A stretch of 64,000 nucleotides of DNA from Paracoccaceae bacterium (GTDB taxonomy: Bacteria; Pseudomonadota; Alphaproteobacteria; Rhodobacterales; Rhodobacteraceae), in assembly GCA_963664715.2 (NCBI GenBank), contig CAXXUY010000011.1:410351-474350 (forward strand). Reading direction: 5' to 3'. A program made the translations under genes and the position numbers. Below are positions 49,031 to 59,212 of the stretch, piece after piece. The notes under the pieces were generated by a model. The model had not been told where the DNA came from, made no database searches, and saw nothing but the letters and a program-made list of their open reading frames with translations. Every line of letters begins with the position of its first letter. Position 1 is the first letter of the stretch.

Positions 49031-49709
49031 GTTCGTTGTTTCGGAGCGTATCGGCGTCTCCCTCAAGCGCGACCGTTCCGGTCTCCAGAACGTAGGCGTA
49101 ATCCGAGAGTGTCAACGCAAGTTCTGCGTTCTGCTCAACCAGTATGACAGGCACTCCCTGCCCGCTTATCTGGCGAATGATGTCGGCTATTTCGTCCACG
49201 ACGACCGGGGCAAGACCCATCGAGGGTTCGTCGAGCATCAGCAGTTTGGGCCTGGCCATCAGTGCGCGGCCGATGGCCAGCATCTGCTGTTCGCCTCCGG
49301 AAAGCGTCTTCGCGTTTTTCGTACGCCGCTGTTCAAGTTTCGGAAACCGGCTGAAGACATCATCCAGGTCGGCATCCACTTCGTGAGAGTCATGCCGGAG
49401 AAATGCACCTGTTCTCAGGTTTTCTTCCACGGTCATCTCCGGGAACACCCTGCGCCCCTCTGGGACATGCGAAATACCGAGTGAAACGATCTTGTCAGGA
49501 GGCAGGCCGCTGATATCTCTGTCTTCCAGCCTGATTTCTCCTGAACTGATGCGAGCCAGCCCGGAAATGGCGCGAAGAGTGGTCGTCTTTCCCGCTCCGT
49601 TGGCACCGATGATCGTGACGACGCTGTTTGCCGGCACCGACAGCGATATTCCTCGCAGTGCCGTGACCTTCCCGTAGGACAGGCGTGCGTCTACAACCTC
49701 AAGCAACAT
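49002..49709 (-). CDS. livF: branched-chain amino acid-type ABC transporter ATP-binding protein (LivF-like)
   Basis: MLLEVVDARLSYGK...GANGAGKTTTLRAISG, LSGGEQQMLAIGRAL and LLMLDEPSMGLAP. The start at 49709 overlaps the livG-like stop. Confidence 0.85.
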   Translation of the reverse strand: MLLEVVDARLSYGKVTALRGISLSVPANSVVTIIGANGAGKTTTLRAISGLARISSGEIRLEDRDISGLPPDKIVSLGISHVPEGRRVFPEMTVEENLRTGAFLRHDSHEVDADLDDVFSRFPKLEQRRTKNAKTLSGGEQQMLAIGRALMARPKLLMLDEPSMGLAPVVVDEIADIIRQISGQGVPVILVEQNAELALTLSDYAYVLETGTVALEGDADTLRNNEHVRAAYLGV

Positions 49710-50469
49710 CGTGGGAGCGTCCCAAATAGGCCTGAATGACATCCGGGTGTCTGCGAATCTCATCGGGTTGCCCCTCCGTGAGCAACTGCCCAAAATTCAT
49801 CACGGTGATCCTGTCACACAGACCCATTATTGCCCTCATGTCATGTTCGACAATCAGAACTGTGATTCCCGAGTCCCTCAGCTTGTGCATAAGGCCCATC
49901 ATCGTGTTCGTCTCTTCCGGGTTCATTCCGGTGAACGGTTCATCGAGAAGCATGACTTCCGGTGCGGAAGCCAGCGCTACTGCCAGCCCCAATGCCCGCT
50001 GGTGGCCATGCGGCAGATCACCTGCACGGCTATCCAGCTGTGGCAGCAATCCGAAATAGTCGAGGGCCTCTTCCGCCGCGATTCTGGCAGCATTGCGTGC
50101 ATCGCGGTCCAACCCGGCAATCGCCGTGACAAAATTCGGGCGAAAGCGCCAATGTGTTCCGATCAGGGCGTTTTCGAATACGGACATCTCGGAAAAGAGC
50201 GTGGAATGCTGAAACGTCCTGACCAGGCCGCGACGGGCAATCTCGTGCATGGGCAGTCCGGCAATCGAACTGCCGTTCAGGCGCACGTCACCCTCATCCG
50301 GCGTATAGAATCCTGACACGATGTTGAATGTCGTCGTCTTGCCAGCCCCGTTCGGACCGATCAGCCCGTGGATCGAACCCGTCGCCACTTCGAAGCTCAG
50401 ACCGTCGACGGCCTTCAGCCCTCCAAAACGCTTTCCCAGCCTTGCCACGGTCAGGATTGGTTCACTCAT
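49699..50469 (-). CDS. livG: branched-chain amino acid-type ABC transporter ATP-binding protein (LivG-like)
   Basis: ILTVARLGKRFGGLKAVDGLSFEV..GLIGPNGAGKTTTFN, and Walker B MLLDEPFTGMNP. The start MSEPIL at 50469 overlaps the permease stop; the 155 upstream codons in the track are an artefact. Confidence 0.85.
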   Translation of the reverse strand: MSEPILTVARLGKRFGGLKAVDGLSFEVATGSIHGLIGPNGAGKTTTFNIVSGFYTPDEGDVRLNGSSIAGLPMHEIARRGLVRTFQHSTLFSEMSVFENALIGTHWRFRPNFVTAIAGLDRDARNAARIAAEEALDYFGLLPQLDSRAGDLPHGHQRALGLAVALASAPEVMLLDEPFTGMNPEETNTMMGLMHKLRDSGITVLIVEHDMRAIMGLCDRITVMNFGQLLTEGQPDEIRRHPDVIQAYLGRSHDVA

Positions 50470-51467
50470 CGCGCAACCTCCGCAAGGTTGCGCCGCCGCC
50501 GCCAGGCAGCCAGCCGTTCGACAATGCCCTCGAGGCCCTGCGGCAGAAACAGCACCGACAGGATCAGAATCAGTCCGTAGACAAGTGGTCGCCCCTGCTC
50601 CAGACCAAGTTCGCGAAGCACGATTTCGTTGAGCAGTGTCAGAGTTATGCATCCGAGCATCGGACCGTAGAAGGTCGCGGTACCGCCGACGATCGCCCAG
50701 GTGAGAACAAACACCATCTGCTCTATATCGAAGCTGTTGGGATTGACGGTGCCGATATAGTGGGCGAGGAGTGCGCCGGCGAGCCCTGCAAATCCGGATG
50801 CAAGAACGAACGCCAGCGTTCTGTATGCCCTTACGTTGACGCCTGATGCAGCAGCAAGCTTGTCCTGCCAGTGGACCGCATGGAACGTCAGCCCCACCGG
50901 CGATTTCTCGAGTCGCCACATGATCCAGAGGCAAACGCCGACGACGACGGCTGCGAAGTAGTAGTAGCTCGTCGGTTCGAAGAAGTCGAAATACCAGATG
51001 CCGATGTCGAAGTCCGGCATGGGATCGATTTTCTTGATTCCCTTCGGACCACCGAACGGATCACGAAACCTCTTCCATAGCAGGCGGATTATTTCCCCGG
51101 CCGCAAACGAGCCAATCAGGAAATAGAACCCTTTCATCCTGAACAGCGGATAACTCAGTCCCAGCGCAACGAATGCTGCCGTGACCGCCCCCATAATCAT
51201 GGCGAGCGGCACGAATACGCCGAGCTCCTTTGCAAGCAGTCCGGATGTGTAGGCCCCGACTCCCATGATCACGACATGACCAAGAGACCACTCACCTGTC
51301 AGGGTCAGGAGGCGATACGAAGCCACGACAAGCAAGTTGATCGTCAGGAAGACTAGCACTTCCTGCTGTGAATAGCTGAGTCCATGCGGAAGAATGACCA
51401 GCAGCACCCCCGCAAGCGCGAATGTCGAGCCGAATAGAATCGACCTACGCACGGTCCGCGGTGCCAA
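50466..51467 (-). CDS. livM: branched-chain amino acid-type ABC transporter permease (LivM-like)
   Basis: Polytopic membrane protein in the operon position of LivM, with a typical GHVVIMGVGAYTSGLL block. Confidence 0.8.
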   Translation of the reverse strand: MAPRTVRRSILFGSTFALAGVLLVILPHGLSYSQQEVLVFLTINLLVVASYRLLTLTGEWSLGHVVIMGVGAYTSGLLAKELGVFVPLAMIMGAVTAAFVALGLSYPLFRMKGFYFLIGSFAAGEIIRLLWKRFRDPFGGPKGIKKIDPMPDFDIGIWYFDFFEPTSYYYFAAVVVGVCLWIMWRLEKSPVGLTFHAVHWQDKLAAASGVNVRAYRTLAFVLASGFAGLAGALLAHYIGTVNPNSFDIEQMVFVLTWAIVGGTATFYGPMLGCITLTLLNEIVLRELGLEQGRPLVYGLILILSVLFLPQGLEGIVERLAAWRRRRNLAEVAR

Positions 51468-52374
51468 ACAGGCCGGTCGGTTTCACGATCAGCACCCCCA
51501 GCATCAACAACAGCCCCACGATGTCGGCAATCACACCGTCCCAGTAGGTCGTGACGACCGTATGAATGAATGCGTAGGCAACCGCCGCCACGGCTGCCCC
51601 TTCAAGCGAGCCGATGCCACCAACTATGATAACGATGAATGCAGTGACAATCACCGAATGTCCCATATGCGGATTGACGGAAATCAGCGGTGCGGTCAGT
51701 GCCCCGGCAATGCCGGCGAGCGCTGCCCCGATAAACATGGCGATCATCGATATCTGCCGAATCGATATCCCCTGGAGTGCTGCTGCTTCCGGATCCTGGG
51801 CAGTGGCCCGGAGGGCCCAGCCGAACCTCGTGCGTTTCAGGAAGAACCACAGGGCGCAGAGCAATAAAATGGCTGCCGTGATGACAACGAGTCTCTGCGC
51901 GGGCAACCGGACCTTTTCCGCGAACACGATTACCTTCTGGGTTACAGGAGGAATGTGCTCCATGCGGACACCGAATCCCATGGAGACCAGGGCCTGTATG
52001 ATCAGGAGGAATCCGATTGATGCCACGAGGCCTGCCAGCGGATTGCTCCTGAGAGGTCGAAACATCGTGACCTCCATTAGCAGGCCGACACCACCGACAA
52101 ACAGGAGCGCGAGTCCGGCAACCAGCGCGTACGGCATTTGAAAGTCGGTATAGAGTGCCACGACGACATAGGCGCCAAGCATGAAGAGTTCTCCATGCGC
52201 AAAGTTGATGACTCCCATGACGCCGAAGATAAGGACGAGCCCTACCGCAATGAGCGACATATACGCCGCCGCGTAGAGGGCGTTCAGTCCGGTCTGTGCC
52301 AGCAATTCCACAGCCGGCGTATCCTTTGGAAAATGTCTGCCGTCAGGAGGTGCGGTGCATGCGTCGTGCAGCAC
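51445..52374 (-). CDS. livH: branched-chain amino acid-type ABC transporter permease (LivH-like)
   Basis: LLAQTGLNALYAAAYMSLIAVGLVLIFGVMGVINFAHGELFMLGAY is typical of LivH. There are GTG starts at 52374 or, more likely, 52311. Confidence 0.8.
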   Translation of the reverse strand: MLHDACTAPPDGRHFPKDTPAVELLAQTGLNALYAAAYMSLIAVGLVLIFGVMGVINFAHGELFMLGAYVVVALYTDFQMPYALVAGLALLFVGGVGLLMEVTMFRPLRSNPLAGLVASIGFLLIIQALVSMGFGVRMEHIPPVTQKVIVFAEKVRLPAQRLVVITAAILLLCALWFFLKRTRFGWALRATAQDPEAAALQGISIRQISMIAMFIGAALAGIAGALTAPLISVNPHMGHSVIVTAFIVIIVGGIGSLEGAAVAAVAYAFIHTVVTTYWDGVIADIVGLLLMLGVLIVKPTGLFGTADRA

Positions 52375-52392
52375 CGCACCCGGCTATCATGA

Positions 52393-53688
52393 TTACCTCT
52401 GATCCCACATCTGGTCGTAGGCAGTCATGTGCTTTTTCAGGATTTCCCCGTGCTGGGCATACCAATCCGGGATGGACTTGTAGGCCTTCACACGGGCCTT
52501 TCCTCCTTCAATGACAACAACCGGCCAGTCTCCAACCAGAGCATTGTCGATTCCGAACAGGTCGCTGCCCCACCAATTGGCGGTTCCGAATGCATGTGCA
52601 CCCTGTCCTCCTGCCGTCATTGCAGCCAGGACGTCAGCAGGTTCTGTTGAACCAGCAGATTCGGCAGCGGCTTTCCAGAGATCCATGATCGAGGCATACT
52701 CCCAGCTCACGGCTCCCCACTGGCCGGGATGACGCTCATTGTAGACTTCATAGAACCTGTTGGGATCCCTGAAATTGATGAATGGCTCGTTCAGTGCCGG
52801 GTCGTCGAAATCCGGAAACTGGAAGACGAAGCCCTCCATGAATTCAACAGAAGTCTTCGCGATCATCTGTTCATAAAAGTCTGCCGTACAGGAGATGATC
52901 TGCCCGGTGTAGCCCTGCTGGAACAACTGTTCGGTAATCGGATGCACATAATCCGCGTAGCTTGTGTCAAGGCAGAAAATGTCCGGATTGGCCGACAGGA
53001 GCTTGGTGACGACCGGTGCGAAATCGGTTGTGTTCGGATCGAACAGGGTCGGCTCCTCCAGCATCTCGATGCCGGCAGCTTCGAATGCGGCCAGATAGGT
53101 CGCCACCGATGGCAAGCCAAGCGCATCGTCCTGTGCACACATGACTGCTGTCTTCAGTTCAGGCTTGTTTTCAGCGAGCCACTCTACCCCGGTGACGTTG
53201 TAGATCGGGTGCACTTCAGCCGGAGCAATCAATGTCGTTGTGCTTGGGCTGAGGTCCGACGGTAACAGCGTCGAAAAAAGCATGCCTGTCCTCTCGGCGA
53301 CGGGCTCCGCTCCAGGCCAGGTGTCACCGCCCAGCATCATGATGAACTTGACACCGTCGTCGCGAACAAGCTTGGTGGCGCCCGTGCGAGCCTTGGCCGC
53401 ATCGTATTCATTGTCGTAGGAGACAAACTCGACCGGATGGCTCGTATCGCCAATGGTGATTCCACCATCCGCATTCACCCATTCCGCCCAGATCAGGCAG
53501 CCATCAAGTCCCGGCTTGCCCCACGCGGCAACAGGGCCGGTAAGCGGGGCCAGGAACCCGATCTTGATCGGTTCCCCTGCAGCGAGTCCCCAGTTGGGCA
53601 GCCCAAGCGCACCCGCGCCGGTTGCTGCCGAGGCAGTAATGATGAATTTGCGGCGTGACTGCGTCAGCGCAAAATGCTTGAAACTCAT
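52393..53688 (-). CDS. ABC transporter periplasmic substrate-binding protein (type I PBP, Tat-type signal)
   Basis: Twin-arginine-like leader SRRKFIITASAATGAGALGL, then IKIGFLAPLTGPVAAWG, typical of Leu/Ile/Val/urea/amide-type binding proteins. Confidence 0.8.
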   Translation of the reverse strand: MSFKHFALTQSRRKFIITASAATGAGALGLPNWGLAAGEPIKIGFLAPLTGPVAAWGKPGLDGCLIWAEWVNADGGITIGDTSHPVEFVSYDNEYDAAKARTGATKLVRDDGVKFIMMLGGDTWPGAEPVAERTGMLFSTLLPSDLSPSTTTLIAPAEVHPIYNVTGVEWLAENKPELKTAVMCAQDDALGLPSVATYLAAFEAAGIEMLEEPTLFDPNTTDFAPVVTKLLSANPDIFCLDTSYADYVHPITEQLFQQGYTGQIISCTADFYEQMIAKTSVEFMEGFVFQFPDFDDPALNEPFINFRDPNRFYEVYNERHPGQWGAVSWEYASIMDLWKAAAESAGSTEPADVLAAMTAGGQGAHAFGTANWWGSDLFGIDNALVGDWPVVVIEGGKARVKAYKSIPDWYAQHGEILKKHMTAYDQMWDQR

Positions 53689-53973
53689 TTCTCTGACCTC
53701 CTTGTTGTATGTGCGGGATTCTGATTGCCATCAGAGCCAGCGCAACATTCTATTGTAATCGTGAACGTTATCAGATTTGCCAAGAACTTCAATGCGTTCA
53801 ATGCGGATTCACCGGCAGCATGCTTAAACAGGTTGAATTGCCGAAATCTAAGTGGTCTTATCAGGTCCCATCAATCTGGCATGCGAACTCCGGTTCTCCC
53901 TGGACTGAGGATCGCGGGCAGGAGTTCACGACTGAGTAGCTGGGATTCAATGAATCAGACGGGGAAATGAAAG

Positions 53974-55320
53974 ATGAACACGAGAGTGGCACTTATTGGT
54001 GCAGGTCCTTGTGGACTGGCCCAGTTGCGGGCATTCCATTCGACCGCCGACAAGGGAGTTGATGTTCCGGAAATCACCTGTTTCGAAAAGCAGTCTGATT
54101 GGGGTGGACTCTGGAACTACACCTGGCGCACGGGATCGGATGAATACGGAGAGCACGTCCACTGTTCAATGTACCGTTACCTGTGGTCCAATGGCCCGAA
54201 GGAGGGGCTGGAATTTGCTGACTACACTTTTGCCGAGCACTTCGGCCGGGACATTCCGTCCTACCCGCCGCGGGCCGTGCTTTACGACTACATCATCGGA
54301 CGCGCGGAGAAGTCTGGCATTCGAAATCAGGTGCGGTTCAATACTGCTGTCCGGCGCGTAGAATACCAGGAAGGCAGTGGCCGGTTCAGGGTTGTTTCCG
54401 ATGATCTTTCTGCAGACCGCGAAAACGACGAGGAATTCGACCACGTCATCGTTGCGTCGGGACATTTCTCCGTGCCGAACGTTCCGGAGTTTGATGGTTT
54501 CACCGAATTCAACGGAAGGATTCTGCATGCACATGATTTCAGGGATGCACGCGAATTTTCCGGCAAGGATGTCCTGATCATCGGTACCAGCTATTCGGCA
54601 GAAGATATCGGCTCGCAGTGCTGGAAATATGGTTGCAAATCCGTAACCATCAGCCACCGCACAGCCCCGACCGGCTATGACTGGCCGGGAGCCTTTACCG
54701 AGGTCCCGCTCCTGGAGCGAGTGGATAACCGTACGGCCTATTTCAAGGATGGGTCATCGCGGAAAGTGGACGCAATCATACTTTGCACCGGATACCGGCA
54801 TCATTTCCCGTTCATGGAAGATCGCCTGAAACTTCGAACGGCAAACAGGCTTGCGACTTCCAACCTCTTCAAGGGTACCGTGTTCATTGACAATCCGAAG
54901 GTCTTCTATTTGGGGATGCAGGATCAGTGGTATACGTTCAGCATGTTTGACGCACAGGCCTGGTATGTCCGCGACGTCATCCTGGGCCGGCTGGAAGTTC
55001 CGGACAGGGATGCCATGCAAGCAGATGTCAGTGCCCGCGAGGCGGCGGAAGACGCGCTGGAGGACGATTATGCGTGCATCAAGTACCAGGGCGACTATGT
55101 GCGCGAGCTTATCGCGGAAACCGATTATCCCAGCTTCGATGTCGATGCGGCGGACCAGTCCTTTTACGAGTGGAAGAAATACAAGAAGAAGGACATCATT
55201 GCCTACAGGGATCACGGGCACCACTCACCCATGACCAAGGCCAAGGCACCAGTTCATCACACCGACTGGATCAAGGCACTCGACGACTCGCTGGAAACCT
55301 ACCTTCAGTCAAGTGCATGA
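53974..55320 (+). CDS. tmm: flavin-containing monooxygenase, trimethylamine monooxygenase-like
   Basis: FAD fold [18 protein letters not shown], the FMO-identifying motif [13 protein letters not shown] (FxGxxxHxxx[YF]), NADPH fold [13 protein letters not shown], and [23 protein letters not shown] blocks as I recall them from bacterial Tmm. About 450 aa. Confidence 0.8.
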   Translation: MNTRVALIGAGPCGLAQLRAFHSTADKGVDVPEITCFEKQSDWGGLWNYTWRTGSDEYGEHVHCSMYRYLWSNGPKEGLEFADYTFAEHFGRDIPSYPPRAVLYDYIIGRAEKSGIRNQVRFNTAVRRVEYQEGSGRFRVVSDDLSADRENDEEFDHVIVASGHFSVPNVPEFDGFTEFNGRILHAHDFRDAREFSGKDVLIIGTSYSAEDIGSQCWKYGCKSVTISHRTAPTGYDWPGAFTEVPLLERVDNRTAYFKDGSSRKVDAIILCTGYRHHFPFMEDRLKLRTANRLATSNLFKGTVFIDNPKVFYLGMQDQWYTFSMFDAQAWYVRDVILGRLEVPDRDAMQADVSAREAAEDALEDDYACIKYQGDYVRELIAETDYPSFDVDAADQSFYEWKKYKKKDIIAYRDHGHHSPMTKAKAPVHHTDWIKALDDSLETYLQSSA

Positions 55321-55362
55321 CGTGGATCAGGGCGGCCCATTGATTCCGTAGGAAATTGCAGT

Positions 55363-55397
55363 ACCGGGAAAGCTGTTTTTCCGGTGCTGCTTTTTTG
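55363..55397 (+). terminator. possible rho-independent terminator after the tmm-like gene
   Basis: An imperfect hairpin accgggaaa-gctg-tttttccggt, followed by gctgcTTTTTTg. Confidence 0.4.
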
Positions 55398-55434
55398 CGT
55401 TTGTTCGTCCCGCATTTGCCACAGCAACTTTCGA

Positions 55435-55833
55435 AAGCTGAAGCTGTTACTGAAGGACCTTGCGGCGAAGAGCCACCGGGGGTTCGGTGACCAGGTGGAG
55501 CAGGGCCGCTCGGACTGCGGCCTCTACTACGGCTACGCTGTGGTGAAGTCGCTCGACGGCTCGGGCGATCCCGTGCGCGGCGGGCGCACCGGCAAAGAAA
55601 CCGAGGCCGAAGTCGTGCGCCGGGTGTTCCGGGAATTCGTTCCCGGCGCGTGCCCGCGCGCGATCGCGCGGCGGCTGAACGGGGAAGGCATCTCCGGCCC
55701 GTTAGGCAAGCCCTGGATGGATTCAACCATCCGGGGAGACGCGAAACGGGGCATCGGCATGATCAACAACGAGCTCCGCATCGGCCGGCTGGTTTGGAAT
55801 CGCCTGCGCTACGTCAAGAACCCGGAAACCGGG
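55435..55833 (+). pseudogene. large serine recombinase fragment (recombinase domain only)
   Basis: KLKLLLKDLAAKSHRGFGDQVEQGRSDCGLYYGYAVV...EAEVVRRVFREFVPGACPRAIARRLNGEGISGP.GKPW..STIRG...NELRIGRLVWNRLRYVKNPETG matches the central recombinase domain pattern. There is no N-terminal resolvase catalytic domain and no C-terminal zinc/coiled-coil part. Confidence 0.7.
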
Positions 55834-55989
55834 ATCGTTTGCGGGAGGAGGCGGAATCCTGCGTCAAGCGTTTCAGTGCCAATTTCTGATTGTTCTGGCC
55901 CCGCTGAGGGCAGATTTCATGGCCTTCAGCCCGAAATGCACGGGCAATGACCTGCGAGCGGCACGAGAGAGCACGTCCTGTTTCGGCTT

Positions 55990-56282
55990 TCAAGAACCGA
56001 GGACGCACTTTCCGGATTCCCGCAAGTTTCCGCTTTTATCAACACACAGGTAGAGAGTTGCGGGGCGGATTCCGAGTTCCCTGCTCAATTCGGAAACCGA
56101 CGTGTCGCGGCTTGCCACGGCTGCTTGAGCCATTCGAACCTGAGCCCTTGTCAGGGCGAATTTCCGACCACCCTTACGACCACGGTCATGGCGGCCTGCA
56201 GTCCCGCCATGGTGTGTTCCCGGATGACCTCACTCTCGTACACGGCCAACGCAGCAAAGATACCGAACGACAGTGGGAATTC
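55990..56282 (-). pseudogene. small serine recombinase (resolvase/invertase) 3' fragment, frameshifted
   Basis: FGIFAALAVYESEVIREHTMAGLQAA is followed, after a 1-nt frame change near 56195, by RGRKGGRKFALTRAQVRMAQAAVASRDTSVSELSRELGIRPATLYLCV (HTH). The catalytic N-terminus is missing. The fragment abuts the ATPase gene stop. Confidence 0.7.
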
Positions 56283-56961
56283 TAGGGCCACAGCGTCCTC
56301 TCGGTGAGTGCCTGTTGCAATCGGTCGGTGGACCACACGTCGATCCCGTCACCGGTCCGGAATGACCTCTTGCCACCGTAGACCAGGACGCGCCGCGCGA
56401 TACCCGGTAGCTCCGCGATTGCGCGCAGCCCCGGCAGCATGCCGGTGTGGTAGCGGGGCTGGGACTTGACCTCGATCGCGGCCAGCTCGCTATCCCGGCG
56501 GAGCAGAAAGTCGACCTCGGTGGTATTCGCCGGGTGTGGCGCCCAATTGTGAAGCTCGTCGAACAGTCCGCCCTCCTCTGCATGCGCTCGCAGGAGGAGC
56601 AGGACCCAGCCTTCCAGCAGCGCGCCGCGTTCCTCGGGCGCGATCGGTCCGTGAAGCTTCTTCACCGCGCGGACCAAGCCGGTATCGACCCAGTAGAGCT
56701 TCGGATGGCGGTGCTCCCGCACCCTGAGCCGCGGCTGGAAGGCGGGGAGGCGGTACGCAAGCAGCGTGTCCTCGAGAATGTCCAGATAGCCTTGCACGGT
56801 GTTGCGGGCGACGCCGCAATCGCGCGCGATGCCCGATATGTTGACGATCTGGCCGTGATAGAGGGCGGCGACCGGCAGGAAGCGCGCGAATCCCGGGAGG
56901 TTTCGGACCAGTCCCTCGGCCCGGACCTCTTCGCGGAGATAAAACCGGACATAGCTCTCTA
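56282..56961 (-). pseudogene. DUF4143-type AAA ATPase, C-terminal part (gene split by IS)
   Basis: SYVRFYLREEVRAEGLVRNLPGFARFLPVAALYHGQIVNISGIARDCGV..NTVQGYLDILEDTLL is typical of the DUF4143 family. The reading frame joins 58733-59212 exactly once the IS plus one CTAG copy is removed (..RRAVL|ESYVRFYL..). Confidence 0.85.
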
Positions 56962-58728
56962 GCCCGCATAATTCACGACGGGGGTGTACATGGGGTTGGG
57001 TTCTGTGGTATTGGTTAATGAGTTCAAACACTTACCAATGCCCGGAGACCCGACCCCATGCAGACAGAGTGTACACCGAAGCAACTGGAATTTGAAGCTC
57101 TTGGACGGCGCCGTGTTGTCGGTGCATTTGACGGCGGACGGATGACGTCCGATGGCGGTGCCCTTCTGCTTCGGGAGGCTGACCGGCTGTTTGACGTCAC
57201 CGGCCGTCTTGCCGCCTGCTTTGCCGATTATCGCGATCAACGGCGCTGCGAGCATTCCGTTGCCCTGCTGGTTGCCCAGCGTGTCATGGCGCTTGCGCTT
57301 GGCTATGAGGATCTCAACGATCACGACCGGTTGCGGGATGATGCGGCCTTTGCGCTGGCCTGCGGCTGCACGGATCTGACCGGCAGCCATCGTCCCCGGC
57401 TGCGCGATCGCGGCCATGCCCTTGCGGCATCGAGCACGCTGAACCGGCTGGAGCTTGGCAGCCCGGAGCGGGCCCGGGCCGACCGTTACAAGCGGATCGT
57501 TGCCGATCCCGGCATGATCGACCGGCTGCTCGTCGATCTGTTCCTCGAGGCGCATGAGCAGGCACCCGAGGAGATCGTCCTGGACATGGATGCCACCGAT
57601 GATCCGGTGCATGGCAGGCAGGAGGGCCGGTTCTTTCACGGCTATTACCGCTGCTACTGCTATCTTCCCCTCTATGTCACCTGTGGCGAGCATGTCCTGT
57701 GCAGCCGTCTGCGCACCGCCGACAGGGACGCCTCGGACGGTGCCCTTGACGAGCTCAGGCGGATTGTGCCTCAGATCCGCACCGCCTGGCCGCAGACCCG
57801 GATCATCATCCGGGCCGACTCCGGCTTCTGCCGGGACGAGATCATGGCATGGTGCGAGGCCGAGGGCGTGGGCTACGTGATCGGCCTTGCCCGCAATTCC
57901 AGGCTGCGCCAGCGCATTGGCAAGGCCCTGCACAAGTCCCGCAGGCGCTGCATCGCCACCGGCCGGCCTTCCCGCCGGTTCCGGCAGTTCCGATACCGCA
58001 CATTGTCATCCTGGAGCCGCTCCCGCCGGGTCGTGGCCAAGGCGGAGTGGCTTCCGGGAACGGGCGGCGAGAACCCGCGTTTCGTGGTCTCCAATCTTGC
58101 CGGTGGCAGCATCGGCGCCCGCGAGCTCTATGAGAGCCTTTATTGTGCGCGTGGGGACATGGAAAACAGGATAAAAGAGCAGCAACTCTGGCTTTTCGCT
58201 GACCGCACCTCCTCGGCACTGCTTCCGGCCAACCAGTTGCGGCTGTACTTCTCGGCCTTTGCCGGAACCCTCCTTGGCATTCTGCGCCGGATCGGGTTGC
58301 GGGGCACCGATCTTGCCACCGCCCGCATCGATACCATCCGTTCAAGGCTTCTCAAGCTCGCCGGACGGATCAGGGTGACGGTGCGCCGGGTGTGGCTGTC
58401 CCTTGCTTCGGTCTTTCCGCTCCAGCATGTCTTTGCCGAAGCACTTGCGAGGTTGCAGACCGCAGCGCCAGTTCGAGCACCGCCACCGTAACCGGACAAC
58501 CGAGCAAGAATCCGTCTTTTGCGGCGCCGCCGGGGATGCCGCAGGCGAAGCTGTGTCCAAAACCGCCGGATCCTTCGAAAACGGGGCAAACCCGGCGCAA
58601 ATACCCGAAACAATGCCGAAAACCCGAAAACGAACGGGCCTGCAATCACTGTCGAACCGGATCACATCAAATCATCGCCGAAATCCGTCAAAAATCCACG
58701 ATGCTGAAGAGCTGGTGACGGATGCGGG
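56962..58728 (+). mobile_element. IS1380-family insertion sequence (1767 bp) with 4-bp CTAG target-site duplication
   Basis: CTAG at 56958-56961 and 58729-58732 flanks the element. The terminal inverted repeats are cccgcataattcac (left) and cccgcatccgtcac (right, reverse complement), matching at 11 of 14 positions. It carries a single intact transposase ORF. Confidence 0.9.
57058..58491 (+). CDS. IS1380-family DDE transposase
   Basis: A 477 aa protein. N-terminus ...VVGAFDGGRMTSDGGALLLRE, LALGYEDLNDHDRLRDD, DMDATDDPVHG, YYRCYCYLPLY, IIIRADSGF and YCARGDMENRIKE are blocks I associate with IS1380-family transposases. Confidence 0.85.
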   Translation: MQTECTPKQLEFEALGRRRVVGAFDGGRMTSDGGALLLREADRLFDVTGRLAACFADYRDQRRCEHSVALLVAQRVMALALGYEDLNDHDRLRDDAAFALACGCTDLTGSHRPRLRDRGHALAASSTLNRLELGSPERARADRYKRIVADPGMIDRLLVDLFLEAHEQAPEEIVLDMDATDDPVHGRQEGRFFHGYYRCYCYLPLYVTCGEHVLCSRLRTADRDASDGALDELRRIVPQIRTAWPQTRIIIRADSGFCRDEIMAWCEAEGVGYVIGLARNSRLRQRIGKALHKSRRRCIATGRPSRRFRQFRYRTLSSWSRSRRVVAKAEWLPGTGGENPRFVVSNLAGGSIGARELYESLYCARGDMENRIKEQQLWLFADRTSSALLPANQLRLYFSAFAGTLLGILRRIGLRGTDLATARIDTIRSRLLKLAGRIRVTVRRVWLSLASVFPLQHVFAEALARLQTAAPVRAPPP

Positions 58729-59212
58729 CTAGCACCGCTCGCCGGTCGTCGGCGACCCAAACCAGGGGGATCGTTCCCGTATCGAGGGCAGCATCGAGGT
58801 CGAAGTCATCGCCAAGTTCGGCCGGGGTCAGTGGACGCATCGACTTGTGCAGCGCCCGGCCGGCGAGCAGATTAACGCCTGACGCCTTGAGCTTTCGCGC
58901 ACTCGATCCAAGCAGGGCGAAGTTGAGACGCTGATCCTCGATGTGCCGGTGCACTTCGTTGAGGAGATTCGGAAGGCGCTGAATTTCGTCGACCACCACC
59001 CAGCTGCCCGGCGGCGCCAGCTGGAGATCTGCGGCGAAGAGGGACGGATCGGCGAGGCAGTCCTGGTAGCGGGCCTCGTCGAGGAGATCGATGTGCGGCG
59101 CATCGGGAACCTGCTGTCGCGCCCAAGTGCTCTTGCCAACCCCGCGGACGCCGAGGAGAAAGAAGCTCTGCTCGGGCGGCCGGATCAGGCGCAGATAGGT
59201 CGTTCCCGCCAT
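58729..59212 (-). pseudogene. DUF4143-type AAA ATPase, N-terminal part (gene split by IS)
   Basis: Walker A FFLLGVRGVGKSTW and Walker B WVVVDEIQRLPNLL. The probable start is MAGTTYLRL at 59212. Confidence 0.85.

Noticed and set aside
56959-57933. A 324-aa minus-strand ORF inside the IS1380 element.
   Set aside because: It lies antisense to the intact transposase and has no motifs. It is a shadow ORF.
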